Assembly (NCBI GenBank): GCA_021789895.1
Contig: JAJYIU010000019.1
Span: 2,523 to 66,522, forward strand
Direction: 5' to 3'
Length of the DNA stretch: 64,000 bases
Source: Acidobacteriota bacterium
GTDB taxonomy: Bacteria; Acidobacteriota; Terriglobia; Terriglobales; SCQP01
Position numbers and translations under genes: made by a program. How positions within the stretch are numbered: position 1 is the first letter of the stretch; every line of letters starts with the position of its first letter. Positions 8,829-21,311 of the stretch are shown one piece after another. The notes under the pieces were generated by a model that was given only the letters and a program-made list of their open reading frames with translations, did no database searches and was not told where the DNA came from.

Positions 8829-8950
8829 TTAGAGTATCTCCCCTGGACCGCTTAATTTTTCCAACACTATACTAAACTTGGCCACAGAATGCATTTCCTG
8901 CTGCACCTGGATGCGGGAAGCAGCGCTTGCAGTAGTAGAGGCTATCTCAC
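8829..8950 (-). pseudogene. Relic of a CarB C-terminal coding end (second, decayed copy)
   Basis: Minus-strand frame reads EIASTTASAASRIQVQQEMHSVAKFSIVLEKLSGPGEIL*. The real carB end is [34 protein letters not shown]. The nucleotide block gcatttcctgc-gcacctg is shared (8891.. vs 9127..). The relic stop TAA (8831..8829) directly abuts ATG 8828. Confidence 0.55.
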
Positions 8951-9083
8951 GATTGAGGTTTTCAGGCGGATTTAGATGAATTTATAAAAGCCATTGACGC
9001 TTCTTTTAGATAGCTTTAAAAATGCTTCCCCTTCTAGTCTTGCAAATGCTTTACGTTTTTTCATCCCTTGCCCGCCATGCCCT

Positions 9084-12404
<3,321 letters not shown>

Positions 12405-12506
12405 AGAGCATCCTCGAGCCAGGCATCCGCGGGGCGAAAACGCCGGCGGGGGAAATAAAGAAAAATTTTAAACAGGAATGGGCGCCGGGAAAGCAGACAG
12501 GCCGGC

Positions 12507-13682
12507 TCACGCGTCCCCACCCGCGGCTTTCCAGTCGCGCATCATGCGGACGAAATCGGCAAACAGGTAATGCGAATCGTGGGGGCCGGGCGAGGCCTCG
12601 GGGTGGTACTGGACGCTATAGAGCGGAAGGGAGCGGTGGCGCAGGCCCTCGAGGGTGCCGTCGTTGAGGTCGAAGTGGGTCAACTCGACCTCGGCGGCGG
12701 GCAAGGAATCGGGATCCACGGCGAAATTATGATTGTGGGCGGTGATTTCGATGCGCCCGGTCGCGTTGTGGCGGACGGGGTGGTTGCCGCCGTGGTGCCC
12801 GAACTTCAGCTTGTAGGTACGGCCGCCGAGCGCCAGGCCAACGAGCTGATGACCAAGGCAGATGCCGAAGATGGGCGCGCGGCCCATCAGCTTGCGTATG
12901 GTTTGCCGGGCATAATCCACCGGCTCGGGATCGCCGGGGCCGTTGGAAAGAAAGATGCCGTCGGGCTTGAGCGCGAGCACGTCTTCGGCCGAGGTGGCGG
13001 CGGGAACGACGCGCACGCGGCAGCCGTGGGCGGCGAGCTGGCGGAGGATATTGCGCTTGATGCCGAAATCGTAGGCGACGACCCGCAGCGCGTCTTCTCC
13101 GGGCGCGACGGCGGGAGCGTGTTCGGGAATGTCATCGCCCAGCGCCTGGCTCCAGTCATAGCCGGCGTGGGTAGTAACTGCTTTGGCCAGGTCGAGCCCG
13201 ACCATGGGCGGCACGGCGCGGGCGCGATCCCGCCAGGATTCGAGGGCGGCGGAGTGGTGGGGATCGAAGCCGGCGGCCTCGGGGCCGTGCAGCAGATAGC
13301 CGCGCTTGACGCCCTGGGATCGAAGATGGCGGACGAGGGCGCGGGTATCTATGTCGGACAGGACGGGGACGCGGTGGCGCTCGAGGTAGGCCTGGCAGGC
13401 TTCCTGGCTGCGCCAGTTGCTGGCCAGGCGGGAAAACTCGCGCACGATCAGGGCTTCGATATAGGGGTGGTCGGCTTCGTCATCCCAGACATTGGCGCCA
13501 TAGTTGCCGATCTGGGGCTGGGTGAGGCAGACCATCTGGCCGGCGTAGGAAGGATCGGTGAAGATTTCCTGGTAGCCGGTCATGGAAGTATTGAACACCA
13601 CTTCCCCGCCCCGTCCGGTTTGGGCGCCAAAGCCCTGGCCGCGGAACCAGCGTCCATCTTCCAGTACCAGGAATGCTTCCAT
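12507..13682 (-). CDS. carA: Carbamoyl-phosphate synthase small (glutamine amidotransferase) subunit
   Basis: ORF 12507..13823, start moved to [19 protein letters not shown] (ATG 13682, SD GGAGG). Motifs [35 protein letters not shown]. Confidence 0.95.
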   Translation of the reverse strand: MEAFLVLEDGRWFRGQGFGAQTGRGGEVVFNTSMTGYQEIFTDPSYAGQMVCLTQPQIGNYGANVWDDEADHPYIEALIVREFSRLASNWRSQEACQAYLERHRVPVLSDIDTRALVRHLRSQGVKRGYLLHGPEAAGFDPHHSAALESWRDRARAVPPMVGLDLAKAVTTHAGYDWSQALGDDIPEHAPAVAPGEDALRVVAYDFGIKRNILRQLAAHGCRVRVVPAATSAEDVLALKPDGIFLSNGPGDPEPVDYARQTIRKLMGRAPIFGICLGHQLVGLALGGRTYKLKFGHHGGNHPVRHNATGRIEITAHNHNFAVDPDSLPAAEVELTHFDLNDGTLEGLRHRSLPLYSVQYHPEASPGPHDSHYLFADFVRMMRDWKAAGGDA

Positions 13683-13714
13683 TTGCCTCCGCGCGGCGGC
13701 GCGCCGCCGGAAAT

Positions 13715-13720
13715 ATTTTA
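13715..13720 (-). promoter_or_regulatory. Candidate -10 box TAAAAT upstream of carA
   Basis: Minus strand gtctgcTAAAATatttcc, about 33 nt upstream of ATG 13682. Followed by the 16-nt palindrome cggcggcgcgccgccg and then the SD. The -35 is weak. Confidence 0.25.
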
Positions 13721-14075
13721 GCAGACGGCAGGCAAGGCCAAACCGAAAGATGAAAGCGAACGAGCGCAGTCGCCAGGATGAAATGGAACCGGCGGCGGCA
13801 TTGTCCGAAGCGCGATATTGCATCCACGCCGGAATTGTTGTTTACTGTTCCTACACTAGGAAAGGAGGTGGTCCAGTGGACGAAACAGGCAGTCGAATTT
13901 GGACTAGTGAGGTGGCTGAGGCTTAGGCGCTCGCATGCGCCTCGACGCCTTGGTAATCCGGCGCGCCCCGCAAGGGCGCGGCGGAGGCCGCGATCGGTAC
14001 ATGTGACCGCCTCGGCCAATCCCAACAGTACACCGCCCCGCAGCGATTCGCCACGGCGCATCCTTCGGGCTATCC

Positions 14076-14107
14076 GTCAACCCCCGCGGGCAACCGCGGG
14101 GGTTGAC
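14076..14107. repeat. Perfect 14-bp inverted repeat with GCAA loop (REP-like hairpin)
   Basis: gtcaacccccgcgg-gcaa-ccgcgggggttgac. Sits directly after 8 codons of a PIN/VapC-like start (MPFVLDAS). Confidence 0.7.
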
Positions 14108-14143
14108 GCTTGAGGCATCCAGCACAAACGGCATCAGCGTTTT

Positions 14144-14365
14144 CTACCCTGATCGCGAGCCGACAGGATTTTCCCTGCGCGTGATGCGGCTGCTGCGAGG
14201 GCCAAACGCCCGGATTTCGGCAATCGCCTTATGAATATCGTCCTGGCGGTTTTCGCTTTCCGGCATGAGCCGGGCGATAGGCTTGCCATGTCGGGTAATC
14301 AGCCAGGATTCCCCGCGCTCGCTCGTGTCGAGAAGCTGCAAAAAACGCATTTCCCGAGCGGTCAC
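14144..14365 (-). CDS. Phd/YefM-type antitoxin-like ORF, probably 5'-truncated and orphaned
   Basis: RFLQLLDTSERGESWLITRHGKPIARLMPESE matches the antitoxin core (ItRhGKPvArL.P). The N-terminal strand is missing. A GTG start overlaps the stop of the upstream dehydrogenase (GTGA). Ten bp downstream begins MPFVLDAS (PIN-like), then decays. Confidence 0.5.
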   Translation of the reverse strand: MTAREMRFLQLLDTSERGESWLITRHGKPIARLMPESENRQDDIHKAIAEIRAFGPRSSRITRRENPVGSRSG

Positions 14366-15795
14366 ATCAGCAGCAGGCGGGGTTCGGTCATGTGCTCGAT
14401 GGCGTAGCGGATGCCTTCGCGGCCGAGGCCGGAATCCTTGACCCCGCCATAGGGCATGGGGTCGAGGCGGAAAGAGGAGGCCTCGTTGATCATCAAGCCG
14501 CCGACCTCGATTTCGCGGAAGGCGCGCTGTACAAATTCCAGGTCGCGGGTGAAGAGCCCGGCCTGGAGACCATAGCGGCCGGCATTAGCCTCGGCAATGG
14601 CCTCGGCGGGTTCGGCATAGGGCTTGAGCGCCAGCACCGGAGCGAAGGCTTCTTCACGCCAGACGCGCGCCTGAGGCGGGACGTTTTCCAGGATGGTGGG
14701 ATCGAAAAACCCGCCGTCGCGGCGTCCGCCGAGCGCGATGCGGGCGCCGAGCGCCACGGCTTCGCCGACCCATTCCTCGATGCGGCAGGCTGCGGCCTCG
14801 GTGATCATCGGGCCCACGTCGGTGGTGGCATCGAGCGGATCGCCCAGACGCAATCCTTTCGCGCCTGCAATCAGGCGTTCGCGCAGTTCTTCGTAAATGT
14901 CCCGGTGGGCGAACACACGCTGGACGGAAATGCAGGATTGGCCGGCGAAGCGGAAGGCGCCGGCAACGAGTTTGCCGGCTGCGGCGGCGAGATCGGCGTC
15001 GCGATGCACGATATTGGCGGCATTGCCGCCGAGTTCGAGCACGACGCGGGCGCGAACCGGGCGGGTCTTGAGCAGCCAGCCGACGGCGGCGCTGCCGGTA
15101 AAGGAAAACAGCGCCAGGCGGGAGTCGGTGAGGATCTGCTCGACCGGTTCGGCGCCGCCAGCGAGCACATTGACCGCGCCCGGCGGCAGGTCGCATTCGA
15201 GCGTTAGCGCGCCGAGCAACAATCCGGTGAGCGGGGCGCGGGGCGAAAGCTTGAGCACGATGCTGTTGCCGGCGGCGATGGCGGGCGCAAGCTTGTGCAG
15301 CACCAGGTTGAGGGGGAAATTGAACGGGGTGACGCCGGCGACCAGGCCGAGAGGAAAGCGGCGGAGCAAGGCCAGGCGTCCGGCGCCGCCGGGCGCGGCA
15401 TCGAGGCGCGGCAGTTCGTCGGCCAGGCCGGCGGCGGCTTCGGCGGCGGCGCGCAAGGTCACCAGCGCGCGCTGCACTTCTCCCTGGGCGTCACGCATCG
15501 GCTTGCCGGCTTCGCCGGCCATGAGCGCGGCAAAATCATCCTGTCGGGCGCGCACGCGGGCTTCGAGCTCGAGCAATGCCTGGCGGCGGGCAGCGAGGTC
15601 AAGCGCAGCCATGGCCGGACGGGCGGCGGCGGCGGCATCGAGCGCGCGCTGTACCTCGAGCGCCATGGCTTCGCCGCAACGCCCGACGGCGTCGCCGCTG
15701 AATGGGGACGTGACCGTGACCATCTGCGCCGGATCGAGGCGCGCTCCGCCCACGATGAAAGGAAACAAAGGGCTGCTTTCGCCCGCCGCCGCCAT
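14362..15795 (-). CDS. NAD(P)-dependent aldehyde dehydrogenase family protein
   Basis: ORF 14362..15930, start moved to MAAAGESSPLFPFIVGG (ATG 15795). Motifs LELGGNAANIV and FRFAGQSCISVQR (catalytic Cys), plus PYGGVKDSGLGREG. Confidence 0.9.
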   Translation of the reverse strand: MAAAGESSPLFPFIVGGARLDPAQMVTVTSPFSGDAVGRCGEAMALEVQRALDAAAAARPAMAALDLAARRQALLELEARVRARQDDFAALMAGEAGKPMRDAQGEVQRALVTLRAAAEAAAGLADELPRLDAAPGGAGRLALLRRFPLGLVAGVTPFNFPLNLVLHKLAPAIAAGNSIVLKLSPRAPLTGLLLGALTLECDLPPGAVNVLAGGAEPVEQILTDSRLALFSFTGSAAVGWLLKTRPVRARVVLELGGNAANIVHRDADLAAAAGKLVAGAFRFAGQSCISVQRVFAHRDIYEELRERLIAGAKGLRLGDPLDATTDVGPMITEAAACRIEEWVGEAVALGARIALGGRRDGGFFDPTILENVPPQARVWREEAFAPVLALKPYAEPAEAIAEANAGRYGLQAGLFTRDLEFVQRAFREIEVGGLMINEASSFRLDPMPYGGVKDSGLGREGIRYAIEHMTEPRLLLM

Positions 15796-15893
15796 ACATC
15801 CCCCTGACGCCTTCAGAATAACGCTGGCGCCGGCGAGGATGCCCCGCGCAACTGCCGCCGGCGGGCCGGGGCGGAGTCTGCTAGACTCCGCTG

Positions 15894-16400
15894 GTGCGAG
15901 TGCTGGGCATCGATTGCGGCAGCCAGGCAACCGGCTATGGGCTGATCGAAAGCGACGGGTATCGCCATCGCGCGGTGCTTTACGGTGTCATACGCCCGCC
16001 GGCGAAGCAGGAATTTGCCCAACGGCTGGACCACATCCATAAAAAAATTTGCGAGTTACTGATCGGCGAGCGGCCCGATTGGGTCGCGGTAGAAGACGTC
16101 TTTTTCGCTGAAAACGCGCGCTCGGCGATCAAGCTGGGCCACGTGCGCGGCGTAGTGCTGCAGGCGGCGGCGGGGGCGGGGATCGCGGTTGCCGAATATA
16201 CGCCGCTGGCGATCAAAAGCGCGCTTACCGGCTACGGGCGGGCGGAGAAGCCACAGGTGCGGCACATGGTCACCGTGCTGCTGAAGCTGAACGAGCCGCC
16301 CTCGTCGCTCGACGCCTCCGACGCGCTGGCGGTGGCGATCTGCCATATACAGACGGCGGGGGCTGCCGCGGCGGCAGCGGCGGGAACGCAGCGGCGATAG
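15894..16400 (+). CDS. ruvC: Crossover junction endodeoxyribonuclease RuvC
   Basis: GTG start. RVLGIDCGSQATGYGLIE ... AKQEFAQRL ... DASDALAVAICH. Confidence 0.93.
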   Translation: MRVLGIDCGSQATGYGLIESDGYRHRAVLYGVIRPPAKQEFAQRLDHIHKKICELLIGERPDWVAVEDVFFAENARSAIKLGHVRGVVLQAAAGAGIAVAEYTPLAIKSALTGYGRAEKPQVRHMVTVLLKLNEPPSSLDASDALAVAICHIQTAGAAAAAAAGTQRR

Positions 16401-16533
16401 AGCGGACGGCCTCAAGGACAAGCGCCGCCGGAGGTGCATCCGCCTCCACAATGAAGCGGCCGCTAAAAGCCACGCTGCTTTGCAGGCACATCCTCCTGCT
16501 GCTGGCAGAATGACCGCTTGTCAACGCCGCAGG

Positions 16534-17157
16534 CTATACCCGGCCGCTCTGAATGAGCGAGAGGAACTCGTTGCGGGTTTCGAGTTCGGAGCGGAAGGCG
16601 CCGAGCATGGCGGAAGTGACGGCGGCGGAGTGCTGTTTTTCGACCCCGCGCATCATCATGCACAGGTGCCGGGCCTCCATCACCACCCCGACGCCGAGCG
16701 GGTGGATCAGCTCCTGGATGCTTTCGGCAATTTGCGTGGTCAGCCGCTCCTGCACCTGCAGGCGGCGGGCGTACATATCCACCAGGCGGGGCAGCTTGCT
16801 CAGGCCGATCACCTTGCCGTGGGGCAGATAGGCGATATGGCAGCGCCCGAAAAACGGCAGCAGATGGTGCTCGCAGAGGCTGAACACCTCTATGTCCTTG
16901 ACGATCACCATCTCGTCGTAGTTGACCGAGAACAAGGCGCCGTGCAGCAGCCGATCGCGATCCTGACGATAACCGCTGGTGAGGTAGTCGAAGGCCTGGG
17001 CGACGCGCTGGGGAGTGCGCTCCAGGCCCTCGCGCGCGGGGTCATCGCCCAGGCGCGCGAGAAACTCGTGCACCAGCTCCTCGGTCGAGACGCGGCCCAG
17101 GTCGGCAGGCCGGCGTCCGGCGGCAAGAGAGTCGGGTTTAGGCAGGCGCGTAGCCAT
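16534..17157 (-). CDS. folE: GTP cyclohydrolase I
   Basis: [29 protein letters not shown] ... [23 protein letters not shown]. Confidence 0.95.
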   Translation of the reverse strand: MATRLPKPDSLAAGRRPADLGRVSTEELVHEFLARLGDDPAREGLERTPQRVAQAFDYLTSGYRQDRDRLLHGALFSVNYDEMVIVKDIEVFSLCEHHLLPFFGRCHIAYLPHGKVIGLSKLPRLVDMYARRLQVQERLTTQIAESIQELIHPLGVGVVMEARHLCMMMRGVEKQHSAAVTSAMLGAFRSELETRNEFLSLIQSGRV

Positions 17158-17213
17158 TCGCGTGGCGGCCAGAGTGGCGGCTTTTCACCGACTTCTTTAA
17201 CATAGCATCAGAT

Positions 17214-17741
17214 ATGGGAACAAAAATCATTGGCTCCCTGGGCCGCGCCTTGAAACCGCTGCCGCTGCTGCTGTTCTTGCTTCTGCTGGCCGGCTGCCAC
17301 CCGGCCGCGCACCTGGGAAAACGCGCGCCTGGCTTTCGCGTGCGCACGCTCGCGGGTCAGACCCGCACGCTCGCAAGCTATCGCGGCCGGGTGCTGATTC
17401 TAAATTTCTGGGCCACCTGGTGCCCGCCTTGTGTCGAGGAAGTGCCGTCGCTGAACCGCCTGCACCAGCAATTGCACGGGCTGCCGGTCAGCATCCTGGC
17501 GATTTCCATTGACCAGGACGCGAACGCCTATCGCAAGTTCCTCAAGTCCTGGGATATCCAATTCAATACCGCGCGCGACCCCTCGGCAGCGATCATGCAC
17601 CGCTACGGCACGCAGAAAATTCCCGAGACCTACATCATCGACCAGAACGGGCGGCTGCGGCGGAAGATTGTCAGCGCCAGCAACTGGACCGACCCGGTGA
17701 TGGTGCGCTACCTCACCGATCTGGCGCGCGGCGAGAATTAA
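17214..17741 (+). CDS. TlpA/ResA-like thiol:disulfide oxidoreductase lipoprotein
   Basis: Lipobox LLLLAGC. Thioredoxin motif FWATWCPPC. YGTQKIPETYIIDQNG. Confidence 0.9.
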   Translation: MGTKIIGSLGRALKPLPLLLFLLLLAGCHPAAHLGKRAPGFRVRTLAGQTRTLASYRGRVLILNFWATWCPPCVEEVPSLNRLHQQLHGLPVSILAISIDQDANAYRKFLKSWDIQFNTARDPSAAIMHRYGTQKIPETYIIDQNGRLRRKIVSASNWTDPVMVRYLTDLARGEN

Positions 17742-17808
17742 GCCCCGCACGCAAACCATGGCGCCGCGCGCGGGCAGTGTGGAATCGCGCGATATCGTGC
17801 GGCGGGCG

Positions 17809-18009
17809 TCAGCCGCCGCCGACAAACTGCACGATTTCCAGCCGGTCGTTTTCAGCCAGCCGGCGCGCGCTCCACTCCGCGCGCGGCGCCAGCTCGCGAT
17901 TCAATTCCACTGCCACGCGCGCGGGCGGCAGGCCCAGTTGGGCGAGCAATTCGGCGATGGTGGGCTCGCCGGCGATTTCCTTTTCGGCGCCATTGACGAA
18001 GATGCGCAT
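17809..18009 (-). CDS. thiS: ThiS/MoaD-type sulfur-carrier protein
   Basis: ORF 17809..18048, start moved to MRIFVNG (ATG 18009). 66 aa ending ...[12 protein letters not shown]. Confidence 0.8.
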   Translation of the reverse strand: MRIFVNGAEKEIAGEPTIAELLAQLGLPPARVAVELNRELAPRAEWSARRLAENDRLEIVQFVGGG

Positions 18010-18065
18010 ACCAGCGTGTCGGCAGGGGAACAGGCCCGCCTTTTTCAATTATTGCAGGACGGCTG

Positions 18066-18341
18066 TCACAGACGTTCGAGCAGACAGATGGTGACCGAAT
18101 CGCCGGCCCGCTTACCGAGCTGGCGGCGCAGGCTCGCCTTAATGGGCAGCTTATGGGTGCCGTCGCCGAGAGCCATGAACGAACTTTGGAAGGGAAGGCC
18201 GTCCACGGTGCCGCGAACTTTGACCAGGCCGCGGGTTTGAAAAACCTTGGTTGATTTCGGCCAGACGACATAAGTCCATCCGCCCTTGGCGGGACTGGTT
18301 TGCAATCGGGCCCGGAAGCGCAGGTTGAGCATGGAGCGCAT
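18066..18341 (-). CDS. DUF1905 domain protein
   Basis: [11 protein letters not shown]...[48 protein letters not shown] matches the DUF1905 pattern. Confidence 0.75.
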   Translation of the reverse strand: MRSMLNLRFRARLQTSPAKGGWTYVVWPKSTKVFQTRGLVKVRGTVDGLPFQSSFMALGDGTHKLPIKASLRRQLGKRAGDSVTICLLERL

Positions 18342-18364
18342 TCTCCTCTTTTATACTGAATTTT

Positions 18365-19705
18365 ATGACTTCGCGCCTCGAGCTGCTGGCAACCGCGATT
18401 GCCGCCCATCCCACGCTGCCGCGCGAGGCGGTGGTGAAGGAAGACCTGCTGCGCACCGGCATCGCCTTCAGCCCGGCGGCGCTCAAGCTGGCAGCCCAGT
18501 TCAAGAAGAAAGCCTACTTCATTTTTTCCTTCGATCTGGTGCCGCTGGCCGAGATGGAAAAGGGCGAGCACTGGCACGCTCCGGAAGAGCTGTGGCTGGA
18601 GGGCGGCGGCTGGGGGTTCCGGCCGACGGTGGTTTCGGTGCGGCTGAACCCGGCCTCGCCGTACCGGGTGGAGGCGGAGGAGGGCGCGGCGGTGCTGCGG
18701 GTGGAGGGCGAGGAACTGGCGCGGGTTAAATTTCCTCCGGTGCCGGAGTACTACAACCGCGCGCTCGCCAGCGGCAAGCGGGTGATCGAAATTGCGCCGA
18801 CGATCGAGTGGGGCTACCTGATATACCTGACCGTCTTTCGCATTTGCCAATACTGGGGCGACAAGGAAGAGTGCCAGTTCTGCGATATCAATGAGAACTA
18901 CCGCCAACAGACCAGGGCCGGGCGGCCCTACACCGGGGTGAAATCGGTGGAAGAGATTCTGGAGGCGCTCGAGATCATCGCCTCGACCGACGCCGCCAGC
19001 CGCGCCTATACCATCACTGGCGGCAGCATCACCTCGGAACTGAAGGGGCAGACGGAGGTGGAGTTTTATTCCGCCTACGCGGCGGCGATCGAAGCCCGCT
19101 TCCCCAACCGTTGGATCGGCAAGATGGTGGCGCAGGCGCTGCCGAAAGCGCTGGCGCGGCGCTATCAAGACGCCGGAATCAAGATCTACCATCCCAATTA
19201 CGAGGTGTGGGACGCGCGGCTGTTCCGCCAGTTCTGCCCGGGCAAGGAGCGCAGCATCGGGCGGGAGGAATGGATGCGGCGCATTCTGGACGCCGGCGAG
19301 ATCTTCGGCCCGGCGTGCGTGATCCCAAACTTCGTCGCCGGCATCGAGATGGCGCGTCCCGACGGCTACGAGCGGGTGGAAGACGCGATCCGCTCGACGG
19401 CGGAGGGCCTGGAATACTTCATGTCGCGCGGCATCTCGCCGCGCTTCACCACCTGGTGCCCGGAGCCGTTAACGACGCTGGGGCGGGCGAATCCGGAAGG
19501 CGCGCCGTTGGAATACCATTGCCGGCTGCTGGAAACCTGGCGCGACACCCACGCCCGGCATCATCTGGCGGTGCCGCCCGGCTATGGCGATCCGGGGTTG
19601 GGGCGGGCGGTGTTTTCGGTCAGCTCGTTCATGGATGTGATCTCGCCCGCAGCCCCGCCGCCGCCGGCGCTGTTGCCGGCCAGCGGCGTTCCCGCCAGCG
19701 TCTGA
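18365..19705 (+). CDS. Radical-SAM-like enzyme with non-canonical CX8CX2C cluster loop
   Basis: 446 aa. IYLTVFRICQYWGDKEECQFCDINENYR follows a beta-strand as in radical-SAM cores. Downstream are VEEILEALE and YTITGGS (GGE-like). No canonical CX3CX2C. Confidence 0.65.
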   Translation: MTSRLELLATAIAAHPTLPREAVVKEDLLRTGIAFSPAALKLAAQFKKKAYFIFSFDLVPLAEMEKGEHWHAPEELWLEGGGWGFRPTVVSVRLNPASPYRVEAEEGAAVLRVEGEELARVKFPPVPEYYNRALASGKRVIEIAPTIEWGYLIYLTVFRICQYWGDKEECQFCDINENYRQQTRAGRPYTGVKSVEEILEALEIIASTDAASRAYTITGGSITSELKGQTEVEFYSAYAAAIEARFPNRWIGKMVAQALPKALARRYQDAGIKIYHPNYEVWDARLFRQFCPGKERSIGREEWMRRILDAGEIFGPACVIPNFVAGIEMARPDGYERVEDAIRSTAEGLEYFMSRGISPRFTTWCPEPLTTLGRANPEGAPLEYHCRLLETWRDTHARHHLAVPPGYGDPGLGRAVFSVSSFMDVISPAAPPPPALLPASGVPASV

Positions 19706-19721
19706 ATTTCAAGCGGAGCTT

Positions 19722-20729
19722 TTACCGGGCGCCGGCTGCCGCGGCGATTTTTTGCAAGCGGGCCCAGGCCGGCCAGAGCTGCCAGGAGCGGGCGGCGAAA
19801 AATTTCCGCGGAAAAAATTCGCGCGCCTGGCGCGGAGTGAGCGCATGCGCCCAGGCGGAGCGGCGGGCGGACCGGGCGCCGGGCCCGGTGGATCCATATT
19901 CGCCGTACCAGGCGGTGCGCTGAATGGCGGGGTTGCGCCAATCATCCCAACCCACGCGGCGCAAGCCGCGGCCCAGGTAACAATCGAGGTAAACCACGCG
20001 CGAGCAGCGCCGCCAGGGACGGCCCAGGAAAGCGCCGGGGCCAACGCGCGGGCCGGCGATGCGGCAGCGGTAAAACACAAATCCGGTCGAGGCGGCGGGA
20101 GAACGGCGGCTCTGGGCAGTAATATAGCCGCGGCCGATGGCGGCAATGCGGCAGTGATCGAACACCGCGGCGGCATTGCCGAAGATGAAATCCACCGCGC
20201 CCTGAATGTAGCAATCGCGGTAATATTGCGCGCCGCTGGCGGCATAGAGCGTGTCTTGGTAGCCGAGCAGGCGGCAGCGGTCGAGCACAACGCGGCCGGC
20301 ATGCAGTGAGAGCGCGACCGCTTGCGAACCGGGCCCGAAGGAGTTGGCGATGGTCAGGTTGACAGCTTCGAAACCGCGGCCTTCGACGTCCACGGTGCTG
20401 CTGAAGAAGGTGCCGCCGGCGCGCCGGGCGGACATGTTGTACGTCAAGACGGTATCTTGCGGGCGGGCGCCGAGGCCGAGAAGGGTCACGCGCGGGCGGT
20501 CGCGGGGAATCGAGACGCGTCCGAAATAAACGCCCGGCTTGATGGCGACGATCAGCCGGCGCTCGCCCTGGGCATTGTCGGGAGCGTGATCCATCGCCTG
20601 CTGCACGGTGCGGTAATCTCCGCTGCCATCGGCCGCCACCACGACTCGGATCGGCTTCGGCGCAAGCCGCGCGGCGCCCGCGCAGCGCGCCAGCGAGCAC
20701 AACGTCAACAGCCAAAAGATCCGCCGCAT
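19722..20729 (-). CDS. Pectinesterase (CE8), secreted
   Basis: ORF 19722..20804, start moved to MRRIFWLLTLCSLARCAGA. Motifs DGSGDYRTVQQAMD, QAVALS, GYQDTLY, DFIFG. Confidence 0.9.
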   Translation of the reverse strand: MRRIFWLLTLCSLARCAGAARLAPKPIRVVVAADGSGDYRTVQQAMDHAPDNAQGERRLIVAIKPGVYFGRVSIPRDRPRVTLLGLGARPQDTVLTYNMSARRAGGTFFSSTVDVEGRGFEAVNLTIANSFGPGSQAVALSLHAGRVVLDRCRLLGYQDTLYAASGAQYYRDCYIQGAVDFIFGNAAAVFDHCRIAAIGRGYITAQSRRSPAASTGFVFYRCRIAGPRVGPGAFLGRPWRRCSRVVYLDCYLGRGLRRVGWDDWRNPAIQRTAWYGEYGSTGPGARSARRSAWAHALTPRQAREFFPRKFFAARSWQLWPAWARLQKIAAAAGAR

Positions 20730-20739
20730 GCGGGTAAGC

Positions 20740-21273
20740 TTACCAGCCCTGGCGGCGGCGCAAGGTGGTGATATGGGCGGAGTGATGGCGCCCATGCCAG
20801 GCATAAAGACCTAGCATGCGGTCGAGCGGCATCCGCCCGTTGACGGGATGTTCGAGCTGGCGCTCGAAATCGGCGGGCGCGAGCGAGGCAAGCAGCAGCG
20901 ACAGGCGGCGGTGCAGGGCGTCGAGCAGATCGAGCGAGAGCTCGACCGGAGCGGAGGCGGCGTCGGCGAGTCCGGCCCACAGCTTTTCGTCATAAACGAA
21001 GATGCGCGGCGTGGTTTCGGTCAGGGCCAGGCGAAAGCGGCAATAGGCATTCATGTGGCTGTCGGCGACATGATGCACGACCTGGCGAACCGTCCAGCCG
21101 CCCTCGCGATAAGCAGTATCGAGCTGCGCGGGCGTAAGCCCGCGGACGGCGGCCCGCAGCTCGCCGGGGGCGGCGGCGATCTGGGTGATCCATTCGCGAC
21201 GCAGTTCCGGGGTCGAGCCGGCATACGTATATTTCCCGATGGGATATCGCGGATCGGAGGGTTCAGGGCGCAT
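20740..21273 (-). CDS. DinB/YfiT-family metal-dependent hydrolase (bacillithiol-transferase-like fold)
   Basis: YPIGKYTY...WTVRQVVHHVADSHMNAYCRF...AWHGRHHSAHI (His triad). Confidence 0.85.
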   Translation of the reverse strand: MRPEPSDPRYPIGKYTYAGSTPELRREWITQIAAAPGELRAAVRGLTPAQLDTAYREGGWTVRQVVHHVADSHMNAYCRFRLALTETTPRIFVYDEKLWAGLADAASAPVELSLDLLDALHRRLSLLLASLAPADFERQLEHPVNGRMPLDRMLGLYAWHGRHHSAHITTLRRRQGW

Positions 21274-21311
21274 CGTTCATAGCCATCCAGGATGAATTTT
21301 CAACCGCCGGC

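Noticed and set aside
13778-14113. 111-aa ORF preceded by a perfect AAAGGAGGTG
   Set aside because: The product is a run of Arg/Pro/Ala with no fold-like features, and it reads through the palindromic hairpins. More likely non-coding structured DNA.
18010-18364. Looked for a TPP (THI-box) riboswitch upstream of thiS
   Set aside because: No CUGAGA-type THI-box core was seen, and the space is occupied by the DUF1905 gene with only a 23-bp divergent gap.
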